Made by a program: the position numbers and the translations under genes
The notes under the pieces: model-generated
Databases searched by the model: none
Told to the model about the DNA's origin: nothing
Seen by the model: only the letters and a program-made list of their open reading frames with translations
In this document: positions 9,354-19,374 of the stretch, in pieces
How the letters are laid out: every line of letters starts with the position of its first letter
Position numbering within the stretch: position 1 is the stretch's first letter
Origin: Candidatus Sumerlaeia bacterium
Lineage (GTDB): Bacteria; Sumerlaeota; Sumerlaeia; SLMS01; JANRJK01
Direction: 5' to 3'
NCBI GenBank assembly: GCA_033764015.1
Contig: JANRJK010000039.1
Coordinates: 1 to 64,000 of the forward strand
Length of the DNA stretch: 64,000 nucleotides

Positions 9354-12014
9354 CTACCGCGTGACGCGCACCAGCTCTTCGATGGTTGTCAGTCCCTTGC
9401 GGAGCAGTTCGTGCCCGTGCTGCCGGATGGTCAGCATCCCGTGCTGGACGGCCAGATTGCGGATTTCGACCGTGGACATGTTGCCGTGTTCCAGCGCGCT
9501 ACGCACGTCGTCCGTCGCGATCAGCATCTCGAAGAGCCCGGTTCTACCGAAGTAACCCGAGTTGTTGCAGAGGCTGCATCCCACCGGGTAGGGCACGACG
9601 CTCGGCACGTCGGCGACGTCGGAGAGGCCGACCGCGGCGATTTCGTCCGCCGTCGGGGCCTTCATCTTCCGGCAGTCCGGGCACACGAGGCGGCAGAGGC
9701 GCTGCGAGGCGATCAGGTTGAGAGAGTCCGCGAAGCGCCGCGCGGAGATCTGGAACTCCATCAGGCGCGCCATCGCCGCGGCGGAGTCGATCGTGTGCAG
9801 CGTCGAGAACACGAGGTGGCCCGTGGTCGCCGCCTCGATCGCGATCTCCGCGGTCTCCTTGTCGCGGATCTCGCCGATCATGATCACGTCCGGGTCCTGG
9901 CGGAGGATCGAGCGGAGTCCGCTTGCGAACGTGAGCCCCGCCTGCGGGTTCACCTGGATCTGGTTGATGCCCGAGAGGCGGAACTCGATCGGGTCCTCGA
10001 TGGAGATGATGTTCTTGTCCTGGTCGCGGAGGCGCTGCAAGGCGACGTAAAGCGTGGTCGTCTTGCCGGAGCCTGTGGGCCCGGTCACCAGCACTAGGCC
10101 GTGCGGCGACGAGGTCGAGCGCTCGAAGGCGTCGCGCTGCGACGCGGTCATGCCGAGCTTGCGCGGGTCGGTCTGGATCGAGCGCACGTCTAGGAACCGG
10201 ATGGTCAGCTTCTCGCCGTTGGCGCTGGGGGAGGACGCCACGCGCATGTCGATCTTGGCGTCGTCCAGCAGGTGTGTGAAGGAGCCGTCCTGCGGGCGGA
10301 GGCGGTCCGCGACGTCCATGTTCGCGCGCGCCTTGAACGCGGAGACCACGGAGTTGGACAGCGCGCGGGGGAGTACGAGGCGCTCGAGCATGATGCCATC
10401 CACGCGCTGGCGCACCTTGAGGCCCCGTTCCTCCGGTTCGAGGTGCAGGTCCGACGCGCGGCGGCGGATCGAGTCGGCGAGCACCGTCTGGATCAGCCGC
10501 TCCATGCGGTTTGTCTTCACGAAGTCCTGGATCGCCATGGCGCCGCGCTCGACGCGTTCCGCCTCGACTCGGAGGTTGTCGGAGATCTGGCGGAGGTAGC
10601 CGTCGAGGGTATGGACCGGCTGCACCGGTTGGCCGCAGTTGGGGCACTTGGCGAAGTTCAGGTCGGGGTAGTTCTCGGGATTGTCCAGCGATCCGGAGCA
10701 GTGCGGGCAGGCGTGGTCCGGCGTCGGCTGCCGCTTCGGCGCGCTGTCGCGCATGAAGAGGAGGACGGCGAAGGGCCCCCGGCTCCAGACCTGCTGGCGG
10801 CGGTTCGCGGCGTAGATGTTCCCCTGGTACTCGAAGAATCGCAGGAAGACCCACGGAAGAAGCCAGACCACGAGGATGACTGCGGAAGCGATCAGCCCGA
10901 TGCGGACCGCTGCTTCGGCGTCCTCCGGCGAGAGGTCCACGCCCGCGGCCTTCAGGAGCTTCGCCCCGCTCCCGGAAGCGGGCGGCGGCGCATCGGCGAC
11001 CGGCTGCTGCGCCGCGGGTTCCGCGGGCGTCGCGGCGGGGGGCTGCTCCGCGGCGGGGGAGGGGGGCGGCGCGGTTGTCGCCTCCGGCGTCGCCGCCGCC
11101 TCGTCGAAGCGCACGCGCTCGCGGATGAAATCGACTCCGCCCTTCGCCATAATCTCGAACTCCGTGGCCAGCCGCGGCGCCGCGAGGATCTCCTCCTGGA
11201 TCGCGAGGCTTTCGCGGAAGAGAGCGAAGTACCGCTGCCGGGCGGCTTCGTCCTTCACATCCTGGAAGTTCTCCGGACGGCTGATCGCGATCGCCTGCAC
11301 CGCGAGATTCTGGGCGAGGTAGATCCGGGCGAGTTGTCCCGACGGGTCCGTGACTGGAGTCCGCCGCGACACCTCGCGCAGCAGCTCCTCCAGCCGGCGC
11401 CCCGCGGGATCGGACTCCCGGAGGGCGTTCGCCTCCTCAGTCATCCATTCGACCGCGAGCGGATTCATCACCGCTTCGAGCTCCGAGCGCGAGGGCTGCA
11501 TGGCGTTCCGGAGCACCTCGGTCCCGGTGGGCGAAAGGAACGGCCAAAGGAGTTGGATCGCCTGGTCGCGCTGGCCGTTCGTGTGGAGCGCGGACGCGCG
11601 GGCCAGCGCGGCCTGCGCGATCGACCCCGCGACCGCCGTCTCCCCGCGGGCGGCGGTCTCGTTCAGCCGCGCGAACAGGAAGAAGAGGCGGACCGCGTCC
11701 GCCTCGTTGCCCGCGGCCAGCGATTCGCGCGCCGCGGCAAGCACCGCCGGCGCCTCTGAGGGCGGAGTCGCGGGGTCCGGATAACCGGCGCGGCGCACCT
11801 GCGCGGCGGGCAGGTAGCGCCGCCCCCCGTCCGCCGTGTCGAGCACCAGGGTCGAGCCGTCGCGCCACACCACCCGCCCCTCGAGGCGCGTGCCGTCGCC
11901 GAGCTGCAGCGACGCGGTTCCGCCGAAGGGTTGCTCCTCCGGCGCCTGGGCCGGCAGGACCGACCAGGCGAACGACAGCATCGTGGCCAGCAGCAATCTC
12001 AACAACCGCGTCAT
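9354..12014 (-). CDS. GspE/PilB-family secretion ATPase with N-terminal signal peptide, extracytoplasmic domain, TM helix and Zn ribbon
   Basis: RASDLHLEP, Walker A GPTGSGKTTT, SIEDPIE, LRQDPDVIMIGEIRD, TGHLVFSTLH and tetra-Cys CPDC…CSLC. N-terminal MTRLLRLLLATMLSFAWSVLPA. Confidence 0.85.
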   Translation of the reverse strand: MTRLLRLLLATMLSFAWSVLPAQAPEEQPFGGTASLQLGDGTRLEGRVVWRDGSTLVLDTADGGRRYLPAAQVRRAGYPDPATPPSEAPAVLAAARESLAAGNEADAVRLFFLFARLNETAARGETAVAGSIAQAALARASALHTNGQRDQAIQLLWPFLSPTGTEVLRNAMQPSRSELEAVMNPLAVEWMTEEANALRESDPAGRRLEELLREVSRRTPVTDPSGQLARIYLAQNLAVQAIAISRPENFQDVKDEAARQRYFALFRESLAIQEEILAAPRLATEFEIMAKGGVDFIRERVRFDEAAATPEATTAPPPSPAAEQPPAATPAEPAAQQPVADAPPPASGSGAKLLKAAGVDLSPEDAEAAVRIGLIASAVILVVWLLPWVFLRFFEYQGNIYAANRRQQVWSRGPFAVLLFMRDSAPKRQPTPDHACPHCSGSLDNPENYPDLNFAKCPNCGQPVQPVHTLDGYLRQISDNLRVEAERVERGAMAIQDFVKTNRMERLIQTVLADSIRRRASDLHLEPEERGLKVRQRVDGIMLERLVLPRALSNSVVSAFKARANMDVADRLRPQDGSFTHLLDDAKIDMRVASSPSANGEKLTIRFLDVRSIQTDPRKLGMTASQRDAFERSTSSPHGLVLVTGPTGSGKTTTLYVALQRLRDQDKNIISIEDPIEFRLSGINQIQVNPQAGLTFASGLRSILRQDPDVIMIGEIRDKETAEIAIEAATTGHLVFSTLHTIDSAAAMARLMEFQISARRFADSLNLIASQRLCRLVCPDCRKMKAPTADEIAAVGLSDVADVPSVVPYPVGCSLCNNSGYFGRTGLFEMLIATDDVRSALEHGNMSTVEIRNLAVQHGMLTIRQHGHELLRKGLTTIEELVRVTR

Positions 12015-12162
12015 GCGCAACGCTCCCGATGGGGAAGTTGATGAGACTTCATCCGCGGGCATGTTGAAGGTCTAGGGGGAAGCGCGCGCCATCGCTTGAC
12101 GCGGCGCGGGCCGGGCCCGGAACCTGCGGCCCCGTAGGCCACCCCTCCCCGGAGCGCCGCCC

Positions 12163-13548
12163 ATGCACGCCCCGATCCGCCGCCTCGTCCTCCTCGCGCT
12201 CCTCCTGCCCCTGCTCGCGCTCGCCGCCTCCTGCGGCCGCGACGACATCGGCAAGGTGCGCAAGACCCCCGACGGGCGCATCGTCGTCGAGTTTTGGCAC
12301 GCCATGGGCGGTCCGCCGCAGGGCGTCCTCAACACGCTGATCGACCGCTTCAACGCCGGACAGGACCGCTACCGCGTCGTCGGCGTGTTCCAGGGCAACT
12401 ACGACGCCCTGAACCAGAAGCTCATCGCCTCGCTCTACGCCGGCCGCAACCCCGCCGCCGCGCAGATGTACGAAGGCTGGACGACGCGCTTCATCCGCTT
12501 CGGCTACCTGAAGCCCGTCTCCGACTTCCTCGCCGAGGAGCCCGCCTACGCCGAAGAACTCCGGAACGACATGTTCCCTGTGTTCTACGATGGAAACCTC
12601 TTCGAGACGCCGGAATCCGCCGGCGAGCCGGTCCTCGCCACGCTCCCCTTCAACAAGTCGGTCTACGTCCTCTGCATCAACCTCGACATGATGCAGGCCG
12701 CGGGCTACCAGGAAGGCCCGAAGACCTGGGCGGAGTTCAGCGAAATGGCGCGCGCCATGGTGAAGCGCGATGCCGTCGGCGAGGTCCAAACCTACGGTTT
12801 CGGCACCCGCGCCATCATCGAGTCTTACACGCAGAACCTCTTCATGACCGGCGTGAACTACCTCGACGAAGAGGAGAACGTCCTGTTCGACGGCCCCGAG
12901 GGGCTCGCCGCCATGAAGTTCCTCGTCGAGATGTCGTCGCAGGAGGCGGGCACCGGCTATGTGGAGCCGGGCTTCCTCAGCTCGCCCTTCGGCAATGGCA
13001 AGATCGCGATGTACATCAGCTCGACGGCGGGCTTCAGCTACAACGACCAGGCCGCCGGAAACAAGTTCGTGTGGCGCGCGTTCCCGCTCCCCGGCATGGA
13101 CGAGGCCACGCCCGGCCGCGTCCTGGCGCAGGGAACCAACGTCGGCATCTTCGGGCGGAACGTGCCCGAGGAGGCGCAGCGCGGCGCCTGGGAATTCCTC
13201 AAGTTCCTCAACACGCCCGAGTCGCTCACCCTCTGGTGCGGCCGCACCGGCTACATGCCGACGCGCCGGTCGCTCCTCGATTTCCCCGAGTACCAGGAGG
13301 TGCTTGCGAAGGACGTGAATCTGGCCAACACGATATCGAGCCTTGACCGGCTCATGTTCGAGCCGAAGCCGATCTACTGGGACAACTGCCGCGCGATCAT
13401 CAGCCGCGCGGTGCAGGCGGTCCTGACGGGACTGAAGACTCCCGAGGAGGCGCTGGCGGACGCGTCGGAGCAGGTCCGCGACGTGGTCCAGAGCAACCGC
13501 GCCCCGGAGAAGCCCCGCGCGGAGCGCGAACGGGCGCAGGCGCCCTGA
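12163..13548 (+). CDS. ABC transporter sugar-type substrate-binding lipoprotein (UgpB-like)
   Basis: Lipobox LAASC; EFWHAMGG, LPFNKS, PKTWAEF, AWEFLKFL and TGYMPTR. Confidence 0.85.
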   Translation: MHAPIRRLVLLALLLPLLALAASCGRDDIGKVRKTPDGRIVVEFWHAMGGPPQGVLNTLIDRFNAGQDRYRVVGVFQGNYDALNQKLIASLYAGRNPAAAQMYEGWTTRFIRFGYLKPVSDFLAEEPAYAEELRNDMFPVFYDGNLFETPESAGEPVLATLPFNKSVYVLCINLDMMQAAGYQEGPKTWAEFSEMARAMVKRDAVGEVQTYGFGTRAIIESYTQNLFMTGVNYLDEEENVLFDGPEGLAAMKFLVEMSSQEAGTGYVEPGFLSSPFGNGKIAMYISSTAGFSYNDQAAGNKFVWRAFPLPGMDEATPGRVLAQGTNVGIFGRNVPEEAQRGAWEFLKFLNTPESLTLWCGRTGYMPTRRSLLDFPEYQEVLAKDVNLANTISSLDRLMFEPKPIYWDNCRAIISRAVQAVLTGLKTPEEALADASEQVRDVVQSNRAPEKPRAERERAQAP

Positions 13549-13628
13549 CGCGCCCCGGCGACAGCGCTTGCCGCGCCGGACGCCCCGCGCCAAGTTCGGG
13601 GAATTCACCTGCACCACCGGAGTCGACC

Positions 13629-14915
13629 ATGATCCGCCGCACCGCCGCCGCACTGCTCGCCACCGCCCTCGCGCTCCCCGCCCTGGCGCAGGAGTCGGCG
13701 CCGCTCGTCCGCAAGAGCGACAAGCCGCGCCAAACCATCGTCGTCGGCAAGCGCGCGGCGGAGGCCCAGCGGGCTCCCCAAGGCGAGCGGGCCGAGCAGC
13801 GGAATCCGGCCGAAGTGGTGGGCGTCGTCAATTCGCACCGGCTCTCCCGCGGCCAGCTCGACTTCTTCATCGAGAAGAGGGTCCGTGAGCTGGGCGACGC
13901 GGCGCTCCTCGGCGACAACGAAGGGCGCGTGATCATCATCGATCCCGCGCGCCGCGCGCCGGCGTCCGCCGCCGACGCGGAGGTCGCGGAGAACCAGGCC
14001 CGCCTCCGCGAGCAGACGCGGCGGCGCCTCGAAGGCGAAGCACTCAAGGGCTGGCTCGAACAGCGCGTGCTCGCGGAGGAGGCGCGCCGGCACAACCTCA
14101 CCGTCGAAGCCGACGAGTTCGCCCGCCGAATCGCCCGCATCGAAGCCGAGGACGGCCTCACCGACGCGGAGCTCGCCGCGAACCTCGACCTCGCCGGCAT
14201 CACGCGCGAGCAGTTCGAGGCGGAGGTCTACGATGCGCTCCTGGTCGAGGCGTTCCTCGCCAAGTACGTCGAGGCGAACTGGACCGACAAGGACTTGATG
14301 AAGTTCTTCCAACGCGCGCCGGAGGAGTTCGGACGGCCGGCGGAGATGCGCATCGCCCGCTTCTTCATCCCCGTCGAGCCGGGCACCCCGAGCGCGCAGG
14401 CCAAGGCGCTCCGCGACAAGGCCGAGGCGGTGGCCAAGCAGCTCCGCCGCGACAAGGACCACGAGTCCGTGATCGGCGATTCGATCGACTCCATCGCCGG
14501 CTTCTACGGCGACCCGGATTCCGGTTGGATTTCCACCGGGTACCTCGAACTCCCCGAGGACGTCCAGAAGGCCGCCGCCCGCCTCGAGCCCGGCGAGGTC
14601 TCGAAGGTCGTCAGCGACCACGAATACGACACCGGCGCGCCGGTCCTCCGCTCGTTCCAGGTCGTGAAGATGATCGAGCGGCGGGAAGCGCAGAAGCCCA
14701 CCTTCGAAACCGCCAAGCCGATCCTGGTCTCCCGCCTCCAGTACGAGGCGCGCCGCGAAATCCTGCCGCGGCTGCTCCGCTCGGGCTCGCACAAGGTGGT
14801 CTCCAATCTCGGCGGCATCGCGCCCGAGGCGCTCCCCAGCGACGAGGAGATCCTGAAGCTGATGGCCACCAGCAAGCCGATGGATCTGAAGCGCCCCGCA
14901 ACGGTCGCCAACTAG
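13629..14915 (+). CDS. Secreted SurA/PrsA-like chaperone with a PpiC-type domain
   Basis: Signal peptide; SurA-N-like helical region (VLAEEARRHNLTV); GDPDSGWI…LPEDVQKAAARLEPGEVSKVV…FQVVKMIERR. Confidence 0.7.
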   Translation: MIRRTAAALLATALALPALAQESAPLVRKSDKPRQTIVVGKRAAEAQRAPQGERAEQRNPAEVVGVVNSHRLSRGQLDFFIEKRVRELGDAALLGDNEGRVIIIDPARRAPASAADAEVAENQARLREQTRRRLEGEALKGWLEQRVLAEEARRHNLTVEADEFARRIARIEAEDGLTDAELAANLDLAGITREQFEAEVYDALLVEAFLAKYVEANWTDKDLMKFFQRAPEEFGRPAEMRIARFFIPVEPGTPSAQAKALRDKAEAVAKQLRRDKDHESVIGDSIDSIAGFYGDPDSGWISTGYLELPEDVQKAAARLEPGEVSKVVSDHEYDTGAPVLRSFQVVKMIERREAQKPTFETAKPILVSRLQYEARREILPRLLRSGSHKVVSNLGGIAPEALPSDEEILKLMATSKPMDLKRPATVAN

Positions 14916-14945
14916 GCCGACCAAACCGCAAAGGACCCCGCACAC

Positions 14946-17018
14946 ATGTCCAAGACCCACCTCGAAATCGACCACCTCTTCGAGACGCGCTCGTTGATGG
15001 AGGTGAAGGTCGCTCCGAACGGCCGCCAGGCGGTCCTGCTGGTGCGCACCCCGAACGCCGAGGAACAACGCAACGACTACTCGCTCTGGCTCTGGCGGGA
15101 AGGCGCGAAGAAGCTCCGCCGCCTCACCAAGGGCCCGGCCGACCGCTCGCCCGTCTGGGTGGACAACGACACGATCCTCTTCACCGCCACCAAGCGAGAG
15201 GCGGACGAGGAGAAGGGCGCGAAGAAGCCGCCCAAGACGCGCCTCTACACGATCTCGACGGACGGCGGCGAGCCCGAGCACGCCGCCACGCTCGACGGCG
15301 TCCTGTGGGCCGTGCGCCCCTCGCCCCGCGACGGGCGCACGCTCGCGATCGTCTTCTCCGAGAATCCGAAGCGCTCCGACAAGGAGATCGAGTTGAACGA
15401 GAAGGCCCAGGCGCCGGTGGTGCCGCTCGCCTTCCCGTTCCGCCTCGACGGCACGGGCCTTCTGCCGGAGCAGTCGCCCGGCCTCTTCCTGCTCGCGCTC
15501 GACGGGAAGAAGCCCAAGCCCCGCCGCCTCGCCCAAGAGCACGGCTTCTGGTACTCGCGCCCCGCGTGGACACCGGACGGCAAGGCCGTCGTGGTCCAAC
15601 GCTCGGACGAAAGCAAGCTCTTCGCCCGCACCGAGCTCTGGCTGGTCTCCACCTCCGGCAAAGCCCGCGAACTGCCCTGCCCCGGCGGAGCGTCCGGTCC
15701 CCACGCGGTGTCCCCGGACGGGACGCAGCTCGCCTTCTGCATGAACATGGACCAGGTCGCCGGCCATACGAAGTCGATCCCGCTCAACGTGCGTTCGCTC
15801 GACCCCGCCGATCCCTCCTGGCGCGAGGTGGCGCGCACCGGCGGACGCATCGGCTTCACGGACGTCCTTTCGGACATCGCGCAGGCGGCCGACGACGACT
15901 TCCTGCACTGGATGGACTCGAACACGATCATCGCCCTCAACGGGGAGAGTGGCATCGGGCAGCTGGTGCAGGTGGAACTCGACAAGCCGGGCGAGCTGAC
16001 GCTCCGCGGCGGCATCGACGGCCACATCAACGTGGCCGGCGCCGCGGGCCAGCGCGTCCTGTACGTCTCCTCATCGCCGACCAACCCGGGCGAACTCTAC
16101 CTGCTCGGCGAGGACGATCCGCAGTCCGACCTGAACAAGGCGGTGGCGAAGCGCTACCGCATCCGCCCCACCCGGTTCCAGGCGGTTTCCGAACCCGATG
16201 TGCACATCGACACCTGGCTCTGGGCCACGGAGGAGCAGCTCGCGACGCGCAAGCGCGCGTCGCTGCCGCTCGTGGTGTACGTCCACGGCGGCCCCGCCGC
16301 GCAGGCGGGCGAGGCCCCCATGCACGAGTACGCGTGGCTCGCGGAGAACGGATTCCCCGTCGCGATCTCGAACCCCCGCGGATCGACGGGCTACGGCGAC
16401 GAGCACGGCAGCGCGATCTTCGGCGACTGGGGCGAGAAGGACGTGCGGGACATCCTCGCCGTCCGCGAGGAGGCGCTCCGCCGCCACCCGCAGTTCGACC
16501 CGGAGCGCACCTTCATCGTCGGCGGCTCCTACGGCGGGTACATGACGAACATGATGCTCACCCGGCATCCCGGCCTCTTCCGCGCCGGCATCACGCAGCG
16601 AAGCATCTGCAACCACCTGAGCTTCGGCGCCACCTCCGACTTCCCCCTCGTCTTCGCCCGCATCGCGCTCGGTATCGACACGGTCTTCGCCGACCCGCAG
16701 CGCGCCTGGGACAAGTCGCCGCTGGCGCAGATCCAAAACGTGGTCGACCCGCTGCTGGTGATCCATTCGGACAACGACCTCCGGTGCCCGCTTTCGCAGG
16801 CGGACGAACTGGTCGGCGGCCTGGTGGCGGTCGGCCGGAAGCTCGGCGAGGACGTGCGCTACGTCATCTTCCGCGGCGAGAGCCACGGCCTGTCGCGAGG
16901 CGGGCGACCCGAGAACCGGCGCCGCCGCCTGCTCGAAATCCTCGGCTGGCTCCAGAAACACAACACCCCGCGCGACGGCGCGGGGCGGGCGAAGCGGAAG
17001 GCGCGCGCCGCGAAGTAG
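14946..17018 (+). CDS. S9-family serine peptidase (acylaminoacyl/dipeptidyl peptidase)
   Basis: N-terminal beta-propeller repeats, VHGGP, NPRGSTGYG, GGSYGG nucleophile, DLRC and ESHG. Confidence 0.9.
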   Translation: MSKTHLEIDHLFETRSLMEVKVAPNGRQAVLLVRTPNAEEQRNDYSLWLWREGAKKLRRLTKGPADRSPVWVDNDTILFTATKREADEEKGAKKPPKTRLYTISTDGGEPEHAATLDGVLWAVRPSPRDGRTLAIVFSENPKRSDKEIELNEKAQAPVVPLAFPFRLDGTGLLPEQSPGLFLLALDGKKPKPRRLAQEHGFWYSRPAWTPDGKAVVVQRSDESKLFARTELWLVSTSGKARELPCPGGASGPHAVSPDGTQLAFCMNMDQVAGHTKSIPLNVRSLDPADPSWREVARTGGRIGFTDVLSDIAQAADDDFLHWMDSNTIIALNGESGIGQLVQVELDKPGELTLRGGIDGHINVAGAAGQRVLYVSSSPTNPGELYLLGEDDPQSDLNKAVAKRYRIRPTRFQAVSEPDVHIDTWLWATEEQLATRKRASLPLVVYVHGGPAAQAGEAPMHEYAWLAENGFPVAISNPRGSTGYGDEHGSAIFGDWGEKDVRDILAVREEALRRHPQFDPERTFIVGGSYGGYMTNMMLTRHPGLFRAGITQRSICNHLSFGATSDFPLVFARIALGIDTVFADPQRAWDKSPLAQIQNVVDPLLVIHSDNDLRCPLSQADELVGGLVAVGRKLGEDVRYVIFRGESHGLSRGGRPENRRRRLLEILGWLQKHNTPRDGAGRAKRKARAAK

Positions 17019-17023
17019 CGCCG

Positions 17024-17746
17024 CTACGGCTCCGACTGCGCGGTTGCGAACTCGGCCCCGGGCGCCTGCGACTCGTCCGCGGGCGGAGGCGGCAGGAGCA
17101 GCGTCATCTCGGAGGCGAAGCGGGCCACCGCTTCGTCCACCGCGTACTTGAGCGTGTAGCTGTCCTTCAGGACGGAGAAGTTGTTCCCCCAGTTGGTGTA
17201 GCCGCCGTTGGACGCCTCCACCGCGAAGCGCCCCAGCAGCCGCGCCCCGTCCTCGCCTTCGAGGAGTTCGCCCTCGAGGCGGACCTTCGAGGCGCCCGCG
17301 CCGAAGCCGATGAAGTAGCGCGCGAGCGCGGAGCCGCCTCGGGCCTCCGCGACCCGCGAGCGCACATGCACCACGCGGTAGCCGCGCGTCACCGGATCCG
17401 CGTCAAGGTACGCCCAGCGCGCCCTCGCGGGATGCGGATAGCTCCGCAGCAGGTACCGGTAGGTGCGCTCCCGGAGCGTGAACAGGATCTCGCCGCGCTT
17501 CTCCTCGTCGAGGATCTCGCGCGCCGCCCACTCGGGTTCCGCGACGACGAACAGGAGCGGCCGGTCGTCCGGCGGGGGGGCGCCCGCAGGCGCCAGCGCC
17601 GGATCCGCGGCGATGTGCGAGTCCTCCGCTTCGACGGAGCGGGCGAGCGCGCCGCCCTCCGTGTCGACGACGCGGACGGGTCGCGAGGCGCACCCGGCGA
17701 GGATGACCGCCGCGGTGGCGGCGAGGAACGCGGCGGCGCGTGCCAT
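17024..17746 (-). CDS. Lipoprotein, DUF4410-like
   Basis: Lipobox LAGC; GSALARYFIGFGAGAS motif. Confidence 0.6.
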   Translation of the reverse strand: MARAAAFLAATAAVILAGCASRPVRVVDTEGGALARSVEAEDSHIAADPALAPAGAPPPDDRPLLFVVAEPEWAAREILDEEKRGEILFTLRERTYRYLLRSYPHPARARWAYLDADPVTRGYRVVHVRSRVAEARGGSALARYFIGFGAGASKVRLEGELLEGEDGARLLGRFAVEASNGGYTNWGNNFSVLKDSYTLKYAVDEAVARFASEMTLLLPPPPADESQAPGAEFATAQSEP

Positions 17747-17837
17747 GGGCGGAGGCTCCTTGGAAAGGGAACGCGGCGGGCGGGGTGGCGAAACCCCGCC
17801 CGCCGCGCGGGTCCTGCGGCGTCTTCCGCCGACTGGC

Positions 17838-19007
17838 CTACTGCTTCGAGTCGGCGAGCTGCTTCACTTCGACCGGCATCTTCTCGGGCAGGATCACGAT
17901 CACGGCGCGGCGGTTCAGCTTGCGGCCGTCCGCCGTCGAATTCTCGGTCACCGGGCGGAACTCGCCGTAGGTGGTCGCAGAGATCTTCGCCGGGTCGAAG
18001 CCCTGCTTGTTGACCATGTCGTGGACGATGGCGAGCGCGCGGGCCGAGCCCAGCTCCCAGTTCGACTTCCATCCGCTGCGCTTGATCGGCTGGTTGTCAG
18101 TGTGGCCCTCGACCATGATCTCGCGGCCGGGGAACTGCTGCTGGATGATCGTCGAGACGCGCGCGATCAGCGTGTCGCCGCCCGTCGAAAGCGTCGCCTT
18201 GCCGGCGCTGAAGAGCAGCTCCTCGGCGATCGTCAGCGTCAGCCCGCGGGTCGTCTCCTCGAGCTGCACGTTGAGCTTCGCGAGGTCGCCGCGGAGCCGC
18301 TCGAACTCCTGCCCCTTCGTGTCTAGCGAAGCCTGGAGCAGGTTCGCGCGGTTGCGGGCCGCCTCCAGGTCGCGGTTGCGGAGGTCGAGTTCGTTCTTCA
18401 GGCGGTCGCGTTCGCCCTCGATGAGGCCGCGCGCGGCCTCCGCCTCGGAGCGGGCGCGGAGCGCGTCCTCGAGCTGGCGGTTGGCCGCCTCGAGGCGCCC
18501 GTTCAAGTCGTTCACGCGGTTGTTGGCCGCCTGCAGGTCGGCGTTCGCGCGCGCCGTGTTCGCCATGCCGCGCTCGAGGTCCGACACCTTCGCGAGGAGC
18601 CCGTCGCGCTCCCCTTGGATCGCCGCCAGCTCGCCCGCGATGCGGTCGCGCTCGCCGGTCACCAGCGCCAGTTCCTCTTCCGAGGCGGTGTTGCCCGCCA
18701 AGGCGGCGAGCTGCGCCTCCCGCTCGGCGAGCTGCGCGCGGAGGTTCTCCAGCTCGCGCTGCTCGTCCTTCTCGGTGATCTGGTCGTAGGCGTCGCCGGT
18801 CAGGCCGCCGACGGCGACACCGCCGCCCGCGCCCATCACGATGCCCTGGCCCATCGTCACGGCGGAGACGTTGTGGCCGACGACACCGCCCGCGATGCCG
18901 CCGAGCGCGCCGCCCGCGGCCGCGCCCTTCTGGGTGCTGCTGCAGCCCGATACCAACGCCGCGAGCGCCACCGCTCCGGCGATCATGGACAGTCTGGTGT
19001 GACGCAT
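17838..19007 (-). CDS. OmpA/MotB-domain lipoprotein with glycine zipper and long coiled coil
   Basis: Lipobox VSGC; GxxxG zipper; about 200 aa of heptad-rich helix; VEGHTDN, NWELGSARA and NRRAVIVI. Confidence 0.85.
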   Translation of the reverse strand: MRHTRLSMIAGAVALAALVSGCSSTQKGAAAGGALGGIAGGVVGHNVSAVTMGQGIVMGAGGGVAVGGLTGDAYDQITEKDEQRELENLRAQLAEREAQLAALAGNTASEEELALVTGERDRIAGELAAIQGERDGLLAKVSDLERGMANTARANADLQAANNRVNDLNGRLEAANRQLEDALRARSEAEAARGLIEGERDRLKNELDLRNRDLEAARNRANLLQASLDTKGQEFERLRGDLAKLNVQLEETTRGLTLTIAEELLFSAGKATLSTGGDTLIARVSTIIQQQFPGREIMVEGHTDNQPIKRSGWKSNWELGSARALAIVHDMVNKQGFDPAKISATTYGEFRPVTENSTADGRKLNRRAVIVILPEKMPVEVKQLADSKQ

Positions 19008-19374
19008 GTCGTCGCTCCTGGGAGGTCTTCCGCTGCCGCGCCCCGGGATCGTCCCCGTCCGCGCCGGAAGCCATAGTCGTCCCGGCAGGACGTCCCCGCC
19101 CGCCCCACAACAGCAAGAAAAATCGGAAGCGGCCTGAACAAGCCTTCACACCCCGCGATGCCCGCGGACAGCCGACTTCCGCCCGGGCGGCCCGGTCGCC
19201 CGTGGAAACGTCGTCGGGGCCAATGAAACTCCGCCGATTCCCTCGCGACACCAGCCAGCGTGGCGGCCCCTCCCGGTGACTTCCCGCATCCGAGGTTCCC
19301 CTTGCGCGGGCCCGATTCGCGAACGCTCGATGCATTGCTAAATTCCCATCGCTGCAATTCAAGGAGATTCCCGG

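Noticed and set aside
14525..18013. Very long alternative ORFs (e.g. 14525-18013 +, 22787-26008 -, 42232-45111 +, 60640-63183 +)
   Set aside because: They are Arg/Pro/Ala/Gly-rich shadow frames overlapping motif-supported genes, as expected at this GC content.
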